Assembly: GCA_017397955.1 (NCBI GenBank) | Contig: JAFQHL010000045.1 | Location: 104,764 to 168,763 of the forward strand | Direction of reading: 5' to 3' | DNA length: 64,000 nucleotides | Source of the DNA: Clostridia bacterium | GTDB lineage: Bacteria; Bacillota; Clostridia; Oscillospirales; CAG-382 | Part shown: positions 11,088 through 20,702 of the stretch, piece after piece | Position numbering within the stretch: the stretch's first letter is position 1 | How the letters are laid out: each line of letters starts with the position of its first letter | Translations under genes and position numbers: made by a program | The notes under the pieces: generated by a model | Told to the model about the DNA's origin: nothing | Seen by the model: only the letters and a program-made list of their open reading frames with translations | Database searches by the model: none

Positions 11088-11642
11088 ATGAACAATGGCA
11101 ATGTAATGGAAGAAAACGCGTTGGTTGCCTCTGCCAAAGAGGGTGACAACAATGCATTTGACTTGCTTGCAAGTCGGTATCATGGCTTTTTGAACGCCTA
11201 TATCTCTTCTTTGCCCGTGCTCCCCTCCGAAAAAGAGGATTTGATGCAAGAGGCGTTGATAGGTCTTTTGCGCGCAGTACGTAGTTATAATTCAGAAAAA
11301 GCCGGTTTTTCTACATACGTTTCCGCTTGTGTAAAAAACAGTGTTATCTCTTACTTAAGGAAGTATGGCAAGCAAAACAAGGCTTTACCTATGGAAGACG
11401 TTGTTTCCGTCGGTGGTGATTGTGACACAAACACGCCGGAGTTACAGTTTATTGATTTAGAGACCACAGCACAGTTGCAAGAAAAAGTTTTCTCGGTTCT
11501 TTCGCCTTACGAAACAAAGGTTTTTGAGATGTATTTGGCAGAAACCCCTTATGCGTTAATAGCGAAACGGCTAAACAAAAACGAGAAAAGCATCGATAAC
11601 GCTATACAGCGTATCAAATCCAAGCTGAAAAAGCTTGTTTGA
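11088..11642 (+). CDS. sigma-70 family RNA polymerase sigma factor (small, region 2 + region 4)
   Basis: Region 2-like EDLMQEALIGLLRAVRSYN...FSTYVSACVKNSVISYLRK and a C-terminal region 4 HTH (YETKVFEMYLAETPYALIAKRLNKNEKSIDNAIQRIKSKL). The start codon is uncertain (11088 or 11106). Confidence 0.8.
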   Translation: MNNGNVMEENALVASAKEGDNNAFDLLASRYHGFLNAYISSLPVLPSEKEDLMQEALIGLLRAVRSYNSEKAGFSTYVSACVKNSVISYLRKYGKQNKALPMEDVVSVGGDCDTNTPELQFIDLETTAQLQEKVFSVLSPYETKVFEMYLAETPYALIAKRLNKNEKSIDNAIQRIKSKLKKLV

Positions 11643-11694
11643 TAAATATGGGGTGACCCAAATAATCACATTATACCAAAGCGAGGTAAAAATT

Positions 11695-11967
11695 ATGTAC
11701 GAAGACAAGACCTTAGTTTGTAAGGAATGCGGCGCAGAATTCGTTTTCTCCGCTGGCGAACAGCAGTTCTATGCAGAACGTGGCTTCCAGAACGAGCCTC
11801 AGCGCTGCAAGGCTTGCCGCGATGCTAAGAAGAACGCTGCAAGAGGCCCCAGAGAATTCTTCACCACCACTTGCGCAAGCTGTGGTAAGGAAGCAAAGGT
11901 TCCCTTTAAGCCTTCCGATGACAGACCTGTTTACTGCAGCGAATGCTTTGCAGCTCAGAAGCAGTAA
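11695..11967 (+). CDS. double zinc-ribbon protein (zf-trcl-like CxxC...CxxC x2)
   Basis: MYEDKTLVCKECGAEFVFSAGEQQFYAERGFQNEPQRCKACR followed by a second CxxC...CxxC module. The preferred start is ATG 11695, preceded by GAGGTAAAAATT, rather than the ORF-track Met at 11635. Confidence 0.7.
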   Translation: MYEDKTLVCKECGAEFVFSAGEQQFYAERGFQNEPQRCKACRDAKKNAARGPREFFTTTCASCGKEAKVPFKPSDDRPVYCSECFAAQKQ

Positions 11968-12011
11968 TTTGCGAGTTTGTGGTTTATAACATAAACAATA
12001 AATAAGCACAT

Positions 12012-12044
12012 AAAAACGCAACCGATTTTCGGTTGCGTTTTTTG
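12012..12044. terminator. bidirectional rho-independent terminator
   Basis: ACGCAACCG-ATTTT-CGGTTGCGT stem-loop flanked by an A-run and a T-run, between convergent genes. Confidence 0.8.
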
Positions 12045-12059
12045 GTTATACAAAAGTAT

Positions 12060-12617
12060 TTACTGCTTAATACTGCCGTCCGCATTAAACAGGGGCAGGG
12101 GCTTGAGGTATAAAATATCATCTCTGCTTTGTGCATCACCCTCTGCAAGCACTGCCATTTTACCAACAATGTTGCCGCCCGCTTGCTTTACAAGCTCTTC
12201 AAGTGCCGCCAAAGACTCGCCCGTAGAGATAACGTCATCAACAATAAGTATCCGCTTGCCCTTCATCAGCTCGGCATCCGCCTTGTCAAGATACAGCTTC
12301 TGCTCCTTAGCCGTGGTTATAGAGCGCACATTTACTTCAAAAACGCCTGTCATATAAAGCTTAGGCGCCTTGCGTGCAAGCATATAACGCTTTTCGCCGT
12401 TTTGCCTTGCCATCTCGTGTATAATAGGTATACCCTTTGCCTCAGCGGTGATAATATAATCATGCTCAGGCGCAATTTTCAAAAGTTCTTTGGCACACTC
12501 CACAGTCAGCTCATAATCTCCAAAAACTACAAAGGCGCCGATATACAAATCATCGGTAACAGGGCAGATGGGCAGTTGCCTTTCAACCTTGCCTATAGTC
12601 ATAGGATAATAATGCAT
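12060..12617 (-). CDS. phosphoribosyltransferase family protein (purine PRTase-like)
   Basis: PRPP-binding motif RILIVDDVISTGESL; 185 aa. Confidence 0.75.
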   Translation of the reverse strand: MHYYPMTIGKVERQLPICPVTDDLYIGAFVVFGDYELTVECAKELLKIAPEHDYIITAEAKGIPIIHEMARQNGEKRYMLARKAPKLYMTGVFEVNVRSITTAKEQKLYLDKADAELMKGKRILIVDDVISTGESLAALEELVKQAGGNIVGKMAVLAEGDAQSRDDILYLKPLPLFNADGSIKQ

Positions 12618-12742
12618 TATTTCACATCCCCTATAAGTTTTTTCAAGGGTATTATATATCTCTCGCGGTCAAATGTCAATAGCCTTGACAAAACAGCAAG
12701 CTATGTATAAAATGTAGTCATAATACAAAACGAGGTAAAAGT

Positions 12743-13504
12743 ATGAATATTGCCATAATAACAGGTGCCTCCTCCGGTATGGGTATGGAGTTTGCCCGCC
12801 GTATAAGTGAAACCGTAACCTTGGATGAAATGTGGCTGATAGCCCGACGTGAGGACAAGCTTAAGGAGCTGGGGGCACAGCTTAAAATTCCATGCCGTGT
12901 GTTGCCGTTGGATTTGAGCGACTCTAGGTGCCTTGAAAGCCTTAAAGCTTTGCTAAAAGGCGAAAAACCCGTCGTGAAGGCGCTTGTTAATGCCAGTGGC
13001 TATGGCAAATTCGGTTCTTTTGAGGACATCCCCATAGAAGAGCAATTGAATATGATTGACCTTAACTGCAAAGCCCTTACCAAAATCACTTACGATGTAT
13101 TGCCGTACACAGAAAATGGAAGCCAAATATATCAGTTAGGCTCACTTTCCGCTTTTCAGCCCGTACCCTATATCGGCGTTTACGGCGCAGGCAAGGCCTA
13201 TGTTTTAAGCTTTAGCCGCGCTCTTAACCGCGAACTTAAGGGCAGGGGAATAAAGGTAATGGCGGTATGTCCCGGTTGGGTGCGGACGGAGTTTTTTGAC
13301 CGTGCCGTAAGGGATGACACCATAACTTATTATAACCGCTTCTACACCCCTGAACAGGTTGTAAATCGGGCACTGCGGGATATGAAGAAGGGCAAGGATG
13401 TTTCAATATGCGGTCTTGCCATCCGTATGCAGGTAAGAGCCACTAAACTGTTGCCCCATAAGCTTGTTATGTCAATCTGGTGCAAACAGCAAAAGAAGGG
13501 GTGA
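12743..13504 (+). CDS. SDR-family short-chain dehydrogenase/reductase
   Basis: N-terminal ITGASSGMG cofactor motif and catalytic YGAGKAY (YxxxK); RBS GAGG upstream. Confidence 0.85.
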   Translation: MNIAIITGASSGMGMEFARRISETVTLDEMWLIARREDKLKELGAQLKIPCRVLPLDLSDSRCLESLKALLKGEKPVVKALVNASGYGKFGSFEDIPIEEQLNMIDLNCKALTKITYDVLPYTENGSQIYQLGSLSAFQPVPYIGVYGAGKAYVLSFSRALNRELKGRGIKVMAVCPGWVRTEFFDRAVRDDTITYYNRFYTPEQVVNRALRDMKKGKDVSICGLAIRMQVRATKLLPHKLVMSIWCKQQKKG

Positions 13505-13509
13505 CGGAT

Positions 13510-14352
13510 TTGAAAAAAGGCTTGGTAATGGAAGGCGGCGGTATGCGCGGTCTGTTTACCGCAGGCGTAACGGATGTGCTTCTTAAAGCAGGAATAGAGT
13601 TTGACGGCGCTATAGGTGTTTCCGCAGGCGCTACCTTCGGATGCAATTTTAAATCCCGTCAACAGGGCAGGGCGTTAAGGTATAACCTCCGCTTCTGCGG
13701 TGACAAACGCTATTGCAGCTTTTATTCTCTCATTAAAACCGGCGACCTCTTCGGTGTGGATTTTTGTTATAAGCAAATCCCCGAAATCCTTGATGTTTTC
13801 GACACAGAGGCATATAACCTAAACCCAATGGATTTCTATATAGTTTGTACCGATGTAGAAAGCGGTAAGCCTGTGTATAAGCTATGCAACGATGGTGCAG
13901 AGTCCATAAAATGGATGCAGGCGTCGGCATCTCTGCCCTTGGTTGCGCGGATAGTGGAAATAGACGGCGGCAAATATCTGGACGGCGGTGTGTCCGACTC
14001 AATCCCCGTAAAGTATTTTGAAAGCATGGGCTATACCAAAAACATAGTGGTACTTACTCAGCCGCAGGGGTATGTAAAAGGTAAAAACCCCACAATGCCA
14101 CTGATAAACCTCAAGTACCGCAAATACCCCAATTTATGCAAGGCGGCAAGAGAACGCCACCTTGTGTATAACGCCACGCTGAATTACATAGCAGAGCAGG
14201 AGAAAGCGGGAAAAATGCTTGTAATCCGCCCGCCGCAAAAGTTACCTGTGGGCAGAACGGAAAAAGACCCTCAAAAGCTACAAGCCGCCTACGATATAGG
14301 CGTAAGTACAGCAAAAGCAAGACTTGAAGAAATAAAAGAGTTTATAAAGTAA
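13510..14352 (+). CDS. patatin-like phospholipase
   Basis: LVMEGGGMRG oxyanion motif, GVSAGA nucleophile elbow (GxSxG), and DGGVSD catalytic Asp motif. The likely start is TTG 13510 after GAAGGGG; the ORF-track ATG 13480 is the alternative. Confidence 0.8.
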   Translation: MKKGLVMEGGGMRGLFTAGVTDVLLKAGIEFDGAIGVSAGATFGCNFKSRQQGRALRYNLRFCGDKRYCSFYSLIKTGDLFGVDFCYKQIPEILDVFDTEAYNLNPMDFYIVCTDVESGKPVYKLCNDGAESIKWMQASASLPLVARIVEIDGGKYLDGGVSDSIPVKYFESMGYTKNIVVLTQPQGYVKGKNPTMPLINLKYRKYPNLCKAARERHLVYNATLNYIAEQEKAGKMLVIRPPQKLPVGRTEKDPQKLQAAYDIGVSTAKARLEEIKEFIK

Positions 14353-14377
14353 AGGAAGGGCAAAACACCCTTCCTTT
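14351..14377. terminator. bidirectional terminator hairpin
   Basis: AAAGGAAGGG-CAAAACA-CCCTTCCTTT perfect 10-bp stem between convergent genes. Confidence 0.75.
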
Positions 14378-14383
14378 AAACAT

Positions 14384-15253
14384 TTATTCCACTACAATAA
14401 GTTCGTATTCCCTTGTGCCGTAGCCCAATTCTGCGGCGGCTTCTATGGTGTGTACGCCGTTGCGGCTTTCCACACGCTTTAAAAAGTGGGCTTTGCCCTT
14501 ATCATCGCTTGCGTAAACCAAATCAATACAGACTTGGTCTATAGCAACGGGGTCGCTTGACACCAGAACGCCTATATCTGCTATACAGGGGTCCTCGGCA
14601 ACGGCGCAACAATCGCAGTCCACGCTCATATTTTTCATCACATTGATGTAAACAATATTGCCGTCAAAATATTTAACAACGCTCTCTGCCGCATCTGCCA
14701 TGGCTTCAAGAAAACTGTCGTGGTCGGCAGTCCATATCTTTTCGGGCTCGCCCGCACCGTGGATATACGCCTTGCCGTAAGAGGATGCCACGCCAATGGA
14801 AAGCTGTTTAAGCGCACCGCCGTATCCACCCATGGGATGCCCTTTGAAGTGGGACAGCACCAACATGCTGTCATATTTTTCTATATTTTTACCAACATAG
14901 TTCTTTTTTATAATCCTGCCGTCGGGTATCTCAAGTACCTTGTCGGGTCCTTCAGCATCCAGCAAATCCACATTGTAAAGTGCGTTCCAACCGTGGTAAT
15001 CAAAAAGTCTCAAGTGCTTTTCCGTGCTGTTGCGCTCCCCATCGTAGGCAGTATTGCACTCCACGACCGTGCCGTCCACACGGTCTATAACAGGCTTCCA
15101 AAAGTCGGGCTTTAAAAAGTTTTGGTTGCCCTTCTCACCGGAGTGTACTTTTACCGCCACATTACCTTGAAGCTCCTTGCCCAAAAGATTGTAAAGCTTC
15201 AGTACCTCCGCAGGGGTAATAGTCTTGGAAAAATAAACCTTAGCTTTGTTCAT
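14384..15253 (-). CDS. DUF362 domain protein (putative Fe-S binding)
   Basis: MNKAKVYFSKTITP...VKVHSGEKGN...VECNTAY is typical of DUF362; C-terminal Cys cluster VDCDCCAV. The start is set at the Met preceded by AAAGGAGAA (15253) rather than 15337. Confidence 0.7.
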   Translation of the reverse strand: MNKAKVYFSKTITPAEVLKLYNLLGKELQGNVAVKVHSGEKGNQNFLKPDFWKPVIDRVDGTVVECNTAYDGERNSTEKHLRLFDYHGWNALYNVDLLDAEGPDKVLEIPDGRIIKKNYVGKNIEKYDSMLVLSHFKGHPMGGYGGALKQLSIGVASSYGKAYIHGAGEPEKIWTADHDSFLEAMADAAESVVKYFDGNIVYINVMKNMSVDCDCCAVAEDPCIADIGVLVSSDPVAIDQVCIDLVYASDDKGKAHFLKRVESRNGVHTIEAAAELGYGTREYELIVVE

Positions 15254-15366
15254 GTATTTTCTCCTTTCGGTTCTTTTTAATTCATTTCTGAATTTGAAGG
15301 CGTTTTTAATTGTGCTGAATAATCCCATTTGCGGCACCTCGCTTTGCAGTTTTTCATAGCTTGACT

Positions 15367-16185
15367 CTATTTGTATCCAGCGTTCTTGCCAAGCTGATAA
15401 AACGCCACGGCAGAAGCGGCGGCAACATTCAGTGAGTCAACACCGTGATGCATTGGTATTTTTACAGTATAATCGCATTCGGCTATAGTCTTGTCAGAAA
15501 GCCCGTCACCCTCGGTTCCCATTATGACAGCAAGCTTCTTTTCGGCTGTCAGCCTTGGGTCGTCTATGGCAATGGTATTATCTTTGAGTGCCATAGCTGC
15601 GGTTTTAAAACCAAGTGCTTTTATTTCGCTAAGGCTATCGCTTTCCAAAAATGTCCATTCGATTTGGAATACGGTGCCCATGCTGACTCTTGCAGCCCGT
15701 CTGTACAGTGGGTCGGAACATCCCGGAGTGAGCAAAACGGCATCCATTCCAAGTGCCGCAGCAGAGCGGATTACTGCGCCCACATTGGTGGGGTTCATAA
15801 CTTTGTCAAGTACAACTACTCTGCTTTTGTTTTTGCAGATTTCTTTCACAGTGGGCAACTTTTTTCGTTTCATGGCACACAGCATACCTCGGGTGAGCTT
15901 AAATCCCGTAAGCTGTGTCAGAATATCAAATTCAGCTGTAAAAACGGGAACACCTGCTATTCGGGAAAGGATATGCTTGCCTTCAGCCTCGATATGCTTT
16001 TTCTCCATGAGGCAGGAAACGCTCTCGTATCCGGCATCAAGGGCGCGCTCAATAACCTTTGGACTTTCTGCTATAAACAAACCTTTTTCGGGATGTTCGT
16101 TGTTCAAGAGCTGTGCTTCGGTTAACCGTGCATATACATCCAGCTCAGGCGCAAGAAAGTCTGTTATTTCTATAATATTACTCAT
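15367..16185 (-). CDS. TrmH/SpoU-family RNA 2'-O-methyltransferase
   Basis: SpoU motifs NVGAVIRSAAALG, IMGTEGDGLS, IPMHHGVDSLNVAAASAVAFY. The start is probably MSNIIE (16185) or MENK (16197), not 16260. Confidence 0.85.
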   Translation of the reverse strand: MSNIIEITDFLAPELDVYARLTEAQLLNNEHPEKGLFIAESPKVIERALDAGYESVSCLMEKKHIEAEGKHILSRIAGVPVFTAEFDILTQLTGFKLTRGMLCAMKRKKLPTVKEICKNKSRVVVLDKVMNPTNVGAVIRSAAALGMDAVLLTPGCSDPLYRRAARVSMGTVFQIEWTFLESDSLSEIKALGFKTAAMALKDNTIAIDDPRLTAEKKLAVIMGTEGDGLSDKTIAECDYTVKIPMHHGVDSLNVAAASAVAFYQLGKNAGYK

Positions 16186-16506
16186 TTTATTCTCCATAGG
16201 GTTAAAGGAAGACCACCCAATAGGGTGGTCTTCCAGACCGCTGACAAAGGCACAGAACACGAAAAAAGAAAATATAGTTACTGTAAAGTGAAAAATTTCG
16301 GGGAAAATTTTCCCGAAATTTTTATATATTTTTATATTTTTTCGCTCAAAACGAACCTCGGCTCACAGTACTCAGTACAGCTTTCGCCTCGGTTCGTCTT
16401 GTCTGCACTCTTTCTCAGTAGTCTTTCGGTATGTAAGACCAAAAATGTAGTTTAAGGCACCGCCTTATCATACAAGCAACATATTAGATTCAAGGTTTTT
16501 GCGTTT

Positions 16507-18432
16507 TTATTGATAAATCTCCAGCTCAGACATAAAGAATATCGTGTTTGTAATACTCTTTACACCTATCTGCACACAATCAATCTGTGTTGCATCAAAA
16601 TCTGCAAAGAATGCAAGCGTCATATCATCGTACTTCATACAAACCGAATCAGCATCGAAGGTAGCAAGAACCTTCCATTCTATACTGCCGTCCGATTGTG
16701 TAACACCGCCGAGCAAGTCAAAGGCGTCGGGTGCATTCACTCTGTTAAAGAACACCCCTACACCGCTTGCGCTTACCGCGTTGGTTAGGTCATAGCCAAT
16801 CAAAGATATATACGCCTGCTCGTTGCTTGCGGCAGTTTTGCCGTTTGCGTTATAGGCATCGCCAAGGTTATTTACCTTCCAATAGGTTTCACTGCCGTCG
16901 GTTTTACCTTTGCTTCCGCGCACACCGTCGCAGGATGCTGCCATCCCCTGGATAGAGCTGTAGCCGGCGCGGCCCCAACCCGATGTTGTCTTATAAAACA
17001 CATTGCCAAGACCTGCAAGCATATAATCCTTAACGGTGCTGTAGCCTGCGGCGCTTACATCATCGTTGCTGATGTACATGTGGTTAATGCCGTTACCGTC
17101 CGTTTCCTCAAGACTGATGCTGCCGCAAAGGGTGCATTCGTGCGCCTTAAGACCTGCCGATGCAAGAGCTGAATCGTTTGCGTTGTTTAGGTATTCGGTA
17201 TTGCTGTGCTCGCCGCCGTCAAAAAGGCTGAAATTGTATTTTTCAAGATACTTATCCATAAGTGTTTGCAAACCCAGCATATCGGGCACGGAATCGAAAA
17301 CCGCGTCAAAATTAGTTGTGCCCGCGTTGTAATAACTGGAGATAAAAGCATCGGGATCGTATTTGCTGTTAATGGAAGTATCGGTACAATACTCATAGCT
17401 TTGGCCGACAGCGCTTTTACCGGTTATCGCACAATACGCCATTTGCGCGGTGATGTATCCCGAAAGCATATTTTCGTGGTGAGTATCGTTTTTGTTAACT
17501 ATAAATGTGTCCTTATTGTAGGTTTTCGTAGCGCCGGGAACCGATTCGTTCCCTTTCCAAACATCATACACAAGCTTGCCCCAGTTCACTATGCCAATGC
17601 CCTTGTCCTGTAAGGTGGAAAGGGCGTTTTTGATGTTGCTGTGTCCCGCCTGATAGGTATAAGAATGGCAGAGGTAATAGAACTCTGTTTTGGAAGACGG
17701 ATAAAGGTCTATTATTTTTTGTATATCCGATACCAAGGCGGAATTGTTTTCGCCTGCTTCAGAGATGAAAACGTAATCTATCGTGCTTAAAAAATCCTCG
17801 GTACAATCTACAAGATAATTTGTGTAAATATATTCAAGGTTTCTTCCACCCCAAACATAGTCGTAAACATTAACGCTTTCGCCGTTTGCCGTGCACAACT
17901 GCTTGAAGTATCCTTTGTCTGTTTTTGTTTGGCTGCCGTTATTTACGCAATATCCGTAATATATAAACGAGTTGCCTATAAACATTACGTTTTTGCCGTC
18001 TATAGAACGGATTGCCGCACCGTTTTCCGTATAGGACTTTTCGGTTTTATTACAAATACTGCAAGTGCGTGATGTTATTATTTTGCCCAAACAGTTATAT
18101 GTTCCGGTTTCCGCCCAGCTTGAGTAATTGTGCTGACAAACAAGCAGATTTTCACCGGATAAATGTTTTCTTACGGCGGCAATGTCCACGGTAGAAACAA
18201 CACCGTCGGAATTAACGTCCGAAGCGGCAAAGCTCGATTCCGACAAGACACACCCGCCGGTTAAGTATAATCTCAACATAACGTAATCGGTAGTGTTGAC
18301 AATACCGTCACCGTTTGTGTCACCAACTAAAATTTCACCAACATTTGCGCTGACTGATGAGGCTTGAACTGCTAAAGAAATAAAGGATAAAAGTATTGCT
18401 ATGCACAAAAATAATGAAATCCTTTTCGTCAT
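16507..18432 (-). CDS. secreted dockerin-containing protein with SGNH-like middle region and C-terminal discoidin/CBM32-like end
   Basis: A signal peptide (MTKRISLFLCIAILLSFISLAVQA) is followed directly by two dockerin Ca-binding repeats (DTNGDGIVNTTDYVMLRLYL and DVNSDGVVSTVDIAAVRKHL). A VMFIGNSFIYYG block resembles the SGNH/DUF4886 N-terminal motif. The C-terminus (...FFMSELEIYQ) resembles F5/8-type-C endings. Confidence 0.7.
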   Translation of the reverse strand: MTKRISLFLCIAILLSFISLAVQASSVSANVGEILVGDTNGDGIVNTTDYVMLRLYLTGGCVLSESSFAASDVNSDGVVSTVDIAAVRKHLSGENLLVCQHNYSSWAETGTYNCLGKIITSRTCSICNKTEKSYTENGAAIRSIDGKNVMFIGNSFIYYGYCVNNGSQTKTDKGYFKQLCTANGESVNVYDYVWGGRNLEYIYTNYLVDCTEDFLSTIDYVFISEAGENNSALVSDIQKIIDLYPSSKTEFYYLCHSYTYQAGHSNIKNALSTLQDKGIGIVNWGKLVYDVWKGNESVPGATKTYNKDTFIVNKNDTHHENMLSGYITAQMAYCAITGKSAVGQSYEYCTDTSINSKYDPDAFISSYYNAGTTNFDAVFDSVPDMLGLQTLMDKYLEKYNFSLFDGGEHSNTEYLNNANDSALASAGLKAHECTLCGSISLEETDGNGINHMYISNDDVSAAGYSTVKDYMLAGLGNVFYKTTSGWGRAGYSSIQGMAASCDGVRGSKGKTDGSETYWKVNNLGDAYNANGKTAASNEQAYISLIGYDLTNAVSASGVGVFFNRVNAPDAFDLLGGVTQSDGSIEWKVLATFDADSVCMKYDDMTLAFFADFDATQIDCVQIGVKSITNTIFFMSELEIYQ

Positions 18433-18607
18433 AGTACCATCTCCAATTCTAATTTTTATCGCTTTGATAAGTGCATGTCTTTAGTGATGTCAGCAAAGTC
18501 CTGCCCATGCATGTTCAGTGTATCATATCTCTTTTCAAATGTCAATTTTTTTTAAGGAATATAATGCCGTTTTTGTATAGTCTAAAATAAAGATCGTTCT
18601 TTACCCT

Positions 18608-18656
18608 GTTGCGGGAGCAGGAGTCAAACCTACGCCCGTTTGCGGTGCCCGAAAAA
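18608..18656 (-). repeat. displaced tRNA-fMet 3'-end fragment plus 22-nt junction core (att-like remnant)
   Basis: 18608-18634 GTTGCGGGAGCAGGAGTCAAACCTACG matches the last ~27 nt of the tRNA at 21181-21208 with 3 T-loop changes. It is followed by CCCGTTTGCGGTGCCCGAAAAA, the same core seen at 20965 and 19948. Confidence 0.75.
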
Positions 18657-18663
18657 GATGCCG

Positions 18664-19389
18664 TTATCTAGAATAATATTTCCAAAGATTTGCCAAGGAG
18701 TGTTTCGCTTTTCTGATTTTCTCTATTTCGTCGAAAGTATACAAATCGGTGACAGCAGAAGAATAGATTTCAAATTTTTTACAATCCAAATAAAAGCCAT
18801 ACTCTTTTTCACTTATATAAACAATGTTTTGTAGACTGTCTTTTACCAACTCTCCAACGAAGAATTTATAGGCAACGCCACTTTGAGGTTCCCTCATGTA
18901 TCCCAAAAGGAATACCCTGTTTTCTTCGCAATTATATTCAATAGCCTTCAAAACAACATTGTAATCACTATATAGAACTCTCTTCTTCAAAGAAAAATCT
19001 GATGTATCATATACGGAAAGTGCAGTTTTACAACTGTCGATATGTCGTTCTATATTATAAAACTCTGTGCAGTCGGGGGAAAAGCAAAAATTATCATCCT
19101 GCGAACCGTTAACTTTTGAAAAACGGAATTTTTTTATAAGTGTGTAAGATTCAAGCGAATAAACCGCAAGCCTACCTTCCGTTGACTTCACAACAAAAAT
19201 TTTTCCATCAGGTGAAATCATAGGAGAATAAGCATATCTCAAATCCTTGAATTTTGCAAGCTCTTTGCCGTCTTTGTCATATAAATAAACTGTTTGTCCT
19301 GTGCAGCCAACGGAATATTCACCGTTTGAGGTAAAGCCTACAAAGTTTCTCATCTTTACACCGTCATTCATTTGTTTTTTGAAATTCAT
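18664..19389 (-). CDS. hypothetical protein (beta-propeller-like repeats?)
   Basis: 241-aa ORF with recurring G-x-hydrophobic-S/Y-D motifs and no recognisable family. Lies inside the tRNA-flanked cassette. Confidence 0.5.
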   Translation of the reverse strand: MNFKKQMNDGVKMRNFVGFTSNGEYSVGCTGQTVYLYDKDGKELAKFKDLRYAYSPMISPDGKIFVVKSTEGRLAVYSLESYTLIKKFRFSKVNGSQDDNFCFSPDCTEFYNIERHIDSCKTALSVYDTSDFSLKKRVLYSDYNVVLKAIEYNCEENRVFLLGYMREPQSGVAYKFFVGELVKDSLQNIVYISEKEYGFYLDCKKFEIYSSAVTDLYTFDEIEKIRKAKHSLANLWKYYSR

Positions 19390-19441
19390 CGTAATCTCGG
19401 AGTAATTTTGGTTCTTATCAAATCAAGTATGCCATTTCTAA

Positions 19442-19855
19442 TTATCCATATTTTTCGATAGTTTTACGATAGTATTTACGGATCATTTCCGTTGTTTTTT
19501 TATTTTTAGGAATACAAGCTATCTCGTGAAAGGGGATCTTTGTTTTGAAATAAACAATTTCATATTCTCGCCACCACGGAAAGCATTTGTCGCAATGATC
19601 CTCAATATGTTTAATATCTTTCCAAGATAAAAATGTTTTCAAACCGAAGCAATATCTGACGGTAATGCCTTCCGATGAAAAAGTATAGCCGTTTGGCATA
19701 ATTAAAGCATAACCTAGAATTAAAATAATGCAGGTAGATATAATTGCTATAGATATACCTGTTTCTTCGCCCAAAGTCATAAATCCAAGTAGAATCAAAA
19801 CGAAAAACAGCAACACAAAAAATATCCAACGTTTGTTAATAATTGTTTTCTTCAT
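19442..19855 (-). CDS. hypothetical membrane protein (2 TM + soluble tail)
   Basis: 137 aa; N-terminal hydrophobic segments WIFFVLLFFVLILLGF and IAIISTCIILILGYALI. Confidence 0.5.
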   Translation of the reverse strand: MKKTIINKRWIFFVLLFFVLILLGFMTLGEETGISIAIISTCIILILGYALIMPNGYTFSSEGITVRYCFGLKTFLSWKDIKHIEDHCDKCFPWWREYEIVYFKTKIPFHEIACIPKNKKTTEMIRKYYRKTIEKYG

Positions 19856-19947
19856 TTGTTTTCCTTTGCAGTGTTGATTGAAGTTATTATATCAAACTTT
19901 TAACTAAAAATCAATGATATTACTTCCCTTAATTCTTTTCCCTCCGT

Positions 19948-20164
19948 CCGTTTGCGGTGCCCGAAAAAATCTTCGCATTCGTAGGTGCTTGATTTTTTCT
20001 AACGCTGCACCCAAAACTCCTCGTTGTATCCGCCGCAGGCGGCGCTTCGGAGTTTTGACCTCCGAGTTATTCGCCCTTCGGGCTCATAACCCGTCGGTCA
20101 TCGCACCAACCACACTTCAGAACCAAAACGAAAAACCACCCTGTTTGGGTGGTTTTTCGTTTTG
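19948..20164 (+). repeat. structured ~215-bp repeat, copy B (with terminal intrinsic-terminator hairpin)
   Basis: About 90% identical by eye to 20965-21179 over the first ~150 nt. Ends in the AAAAACCACCC-TGTT-TGGGTGGTTTTT hairpin (20131-20157). Confidence 0.8.
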
Positions 20165-20189
20165 AGTAGAGGTGCCGAAAAAGATGCAT

Positions 20190-20702
20190 CTATTTGTTTT
20201 TCTTTTCAAATTTCCGCAACCACTTAAATGCAGTTATAAGCTGGCGATTTATCTCGTTGCAAATTTCAACGGCAGTCTCATCATTGAATTTTTGCACAAG
20301 TCGATATCCCCTAGGGGGTACGAAATTTGCTGCATGTTTTTCGCTTACGTTATGATATATTTTTCCAAAAAAGATAGTGCGTTTAGCATATAAATCTCTA
20401 TAATAGAACCAACCGTCATACATCCCCTCCAGGCGATATCTTTCATTGGTATTCCAAACTGTCAGTTGTTCTATACCCAAGCCATCCCATTCTACATAGT
20501 TTTTATTGGGTGAATCAGGGAAAACACAAGATACCTCAATGGTAAAAGAGCCGCCCCATTTATTTGTTTGAATGCTGATGAGTTCGATGTGATCTGTGAA
20601 CGTTTTGCGAAAATGAGGGTACTTACCCTTAAACCCCTCCTCCACAAGCGGAGCGATAACTAATTTTTTTAGATAAGATTTCATTATTTCATTGTTAGTC
20701 AT
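20190..20702 (-). CDS. DUF4304-like hypothetical protein
   Basis: MTNNEIMKSYLKKLVIAPLVEEGFKGKYPHFRK...WGGSFTIEV resembles the DUF4304 N-terminus. The start is set at the Met after AAGGGGTGAAGAC. Confidence 0.55.
   Translation of the reverse strand: MTNNEIMKSYLKKLVIAPLVEEGFKGKYPHFRKTFTDHIELISIQTNKWGGSFTIEVSCVFPDSPNKNYVEWDGLGIEQLTVWNTNERYRLEGMYDGWFYYRDLYAKRTIFFGKIYHNVSEKHAANFVPPRGYRLVQKFNDETAVEICNEINRQLITAFKWLRKFEKKNK

Noticed and set aside
16207-16330. Perfect palindromes GGAAGACCACCC-AATA-GGGTGGTCTTCC (16207-16234) and AAATTTCGGGGAAAATTTTCCCGAAATTT (about 16294-16322) as terminators
   Set aside because: They are plausible terminators or attenuators between the dockerin gene and trmH. The first lacks a T-tract and overlaps the extended trmH ORF, so the evidence is too thin to call function or strand.
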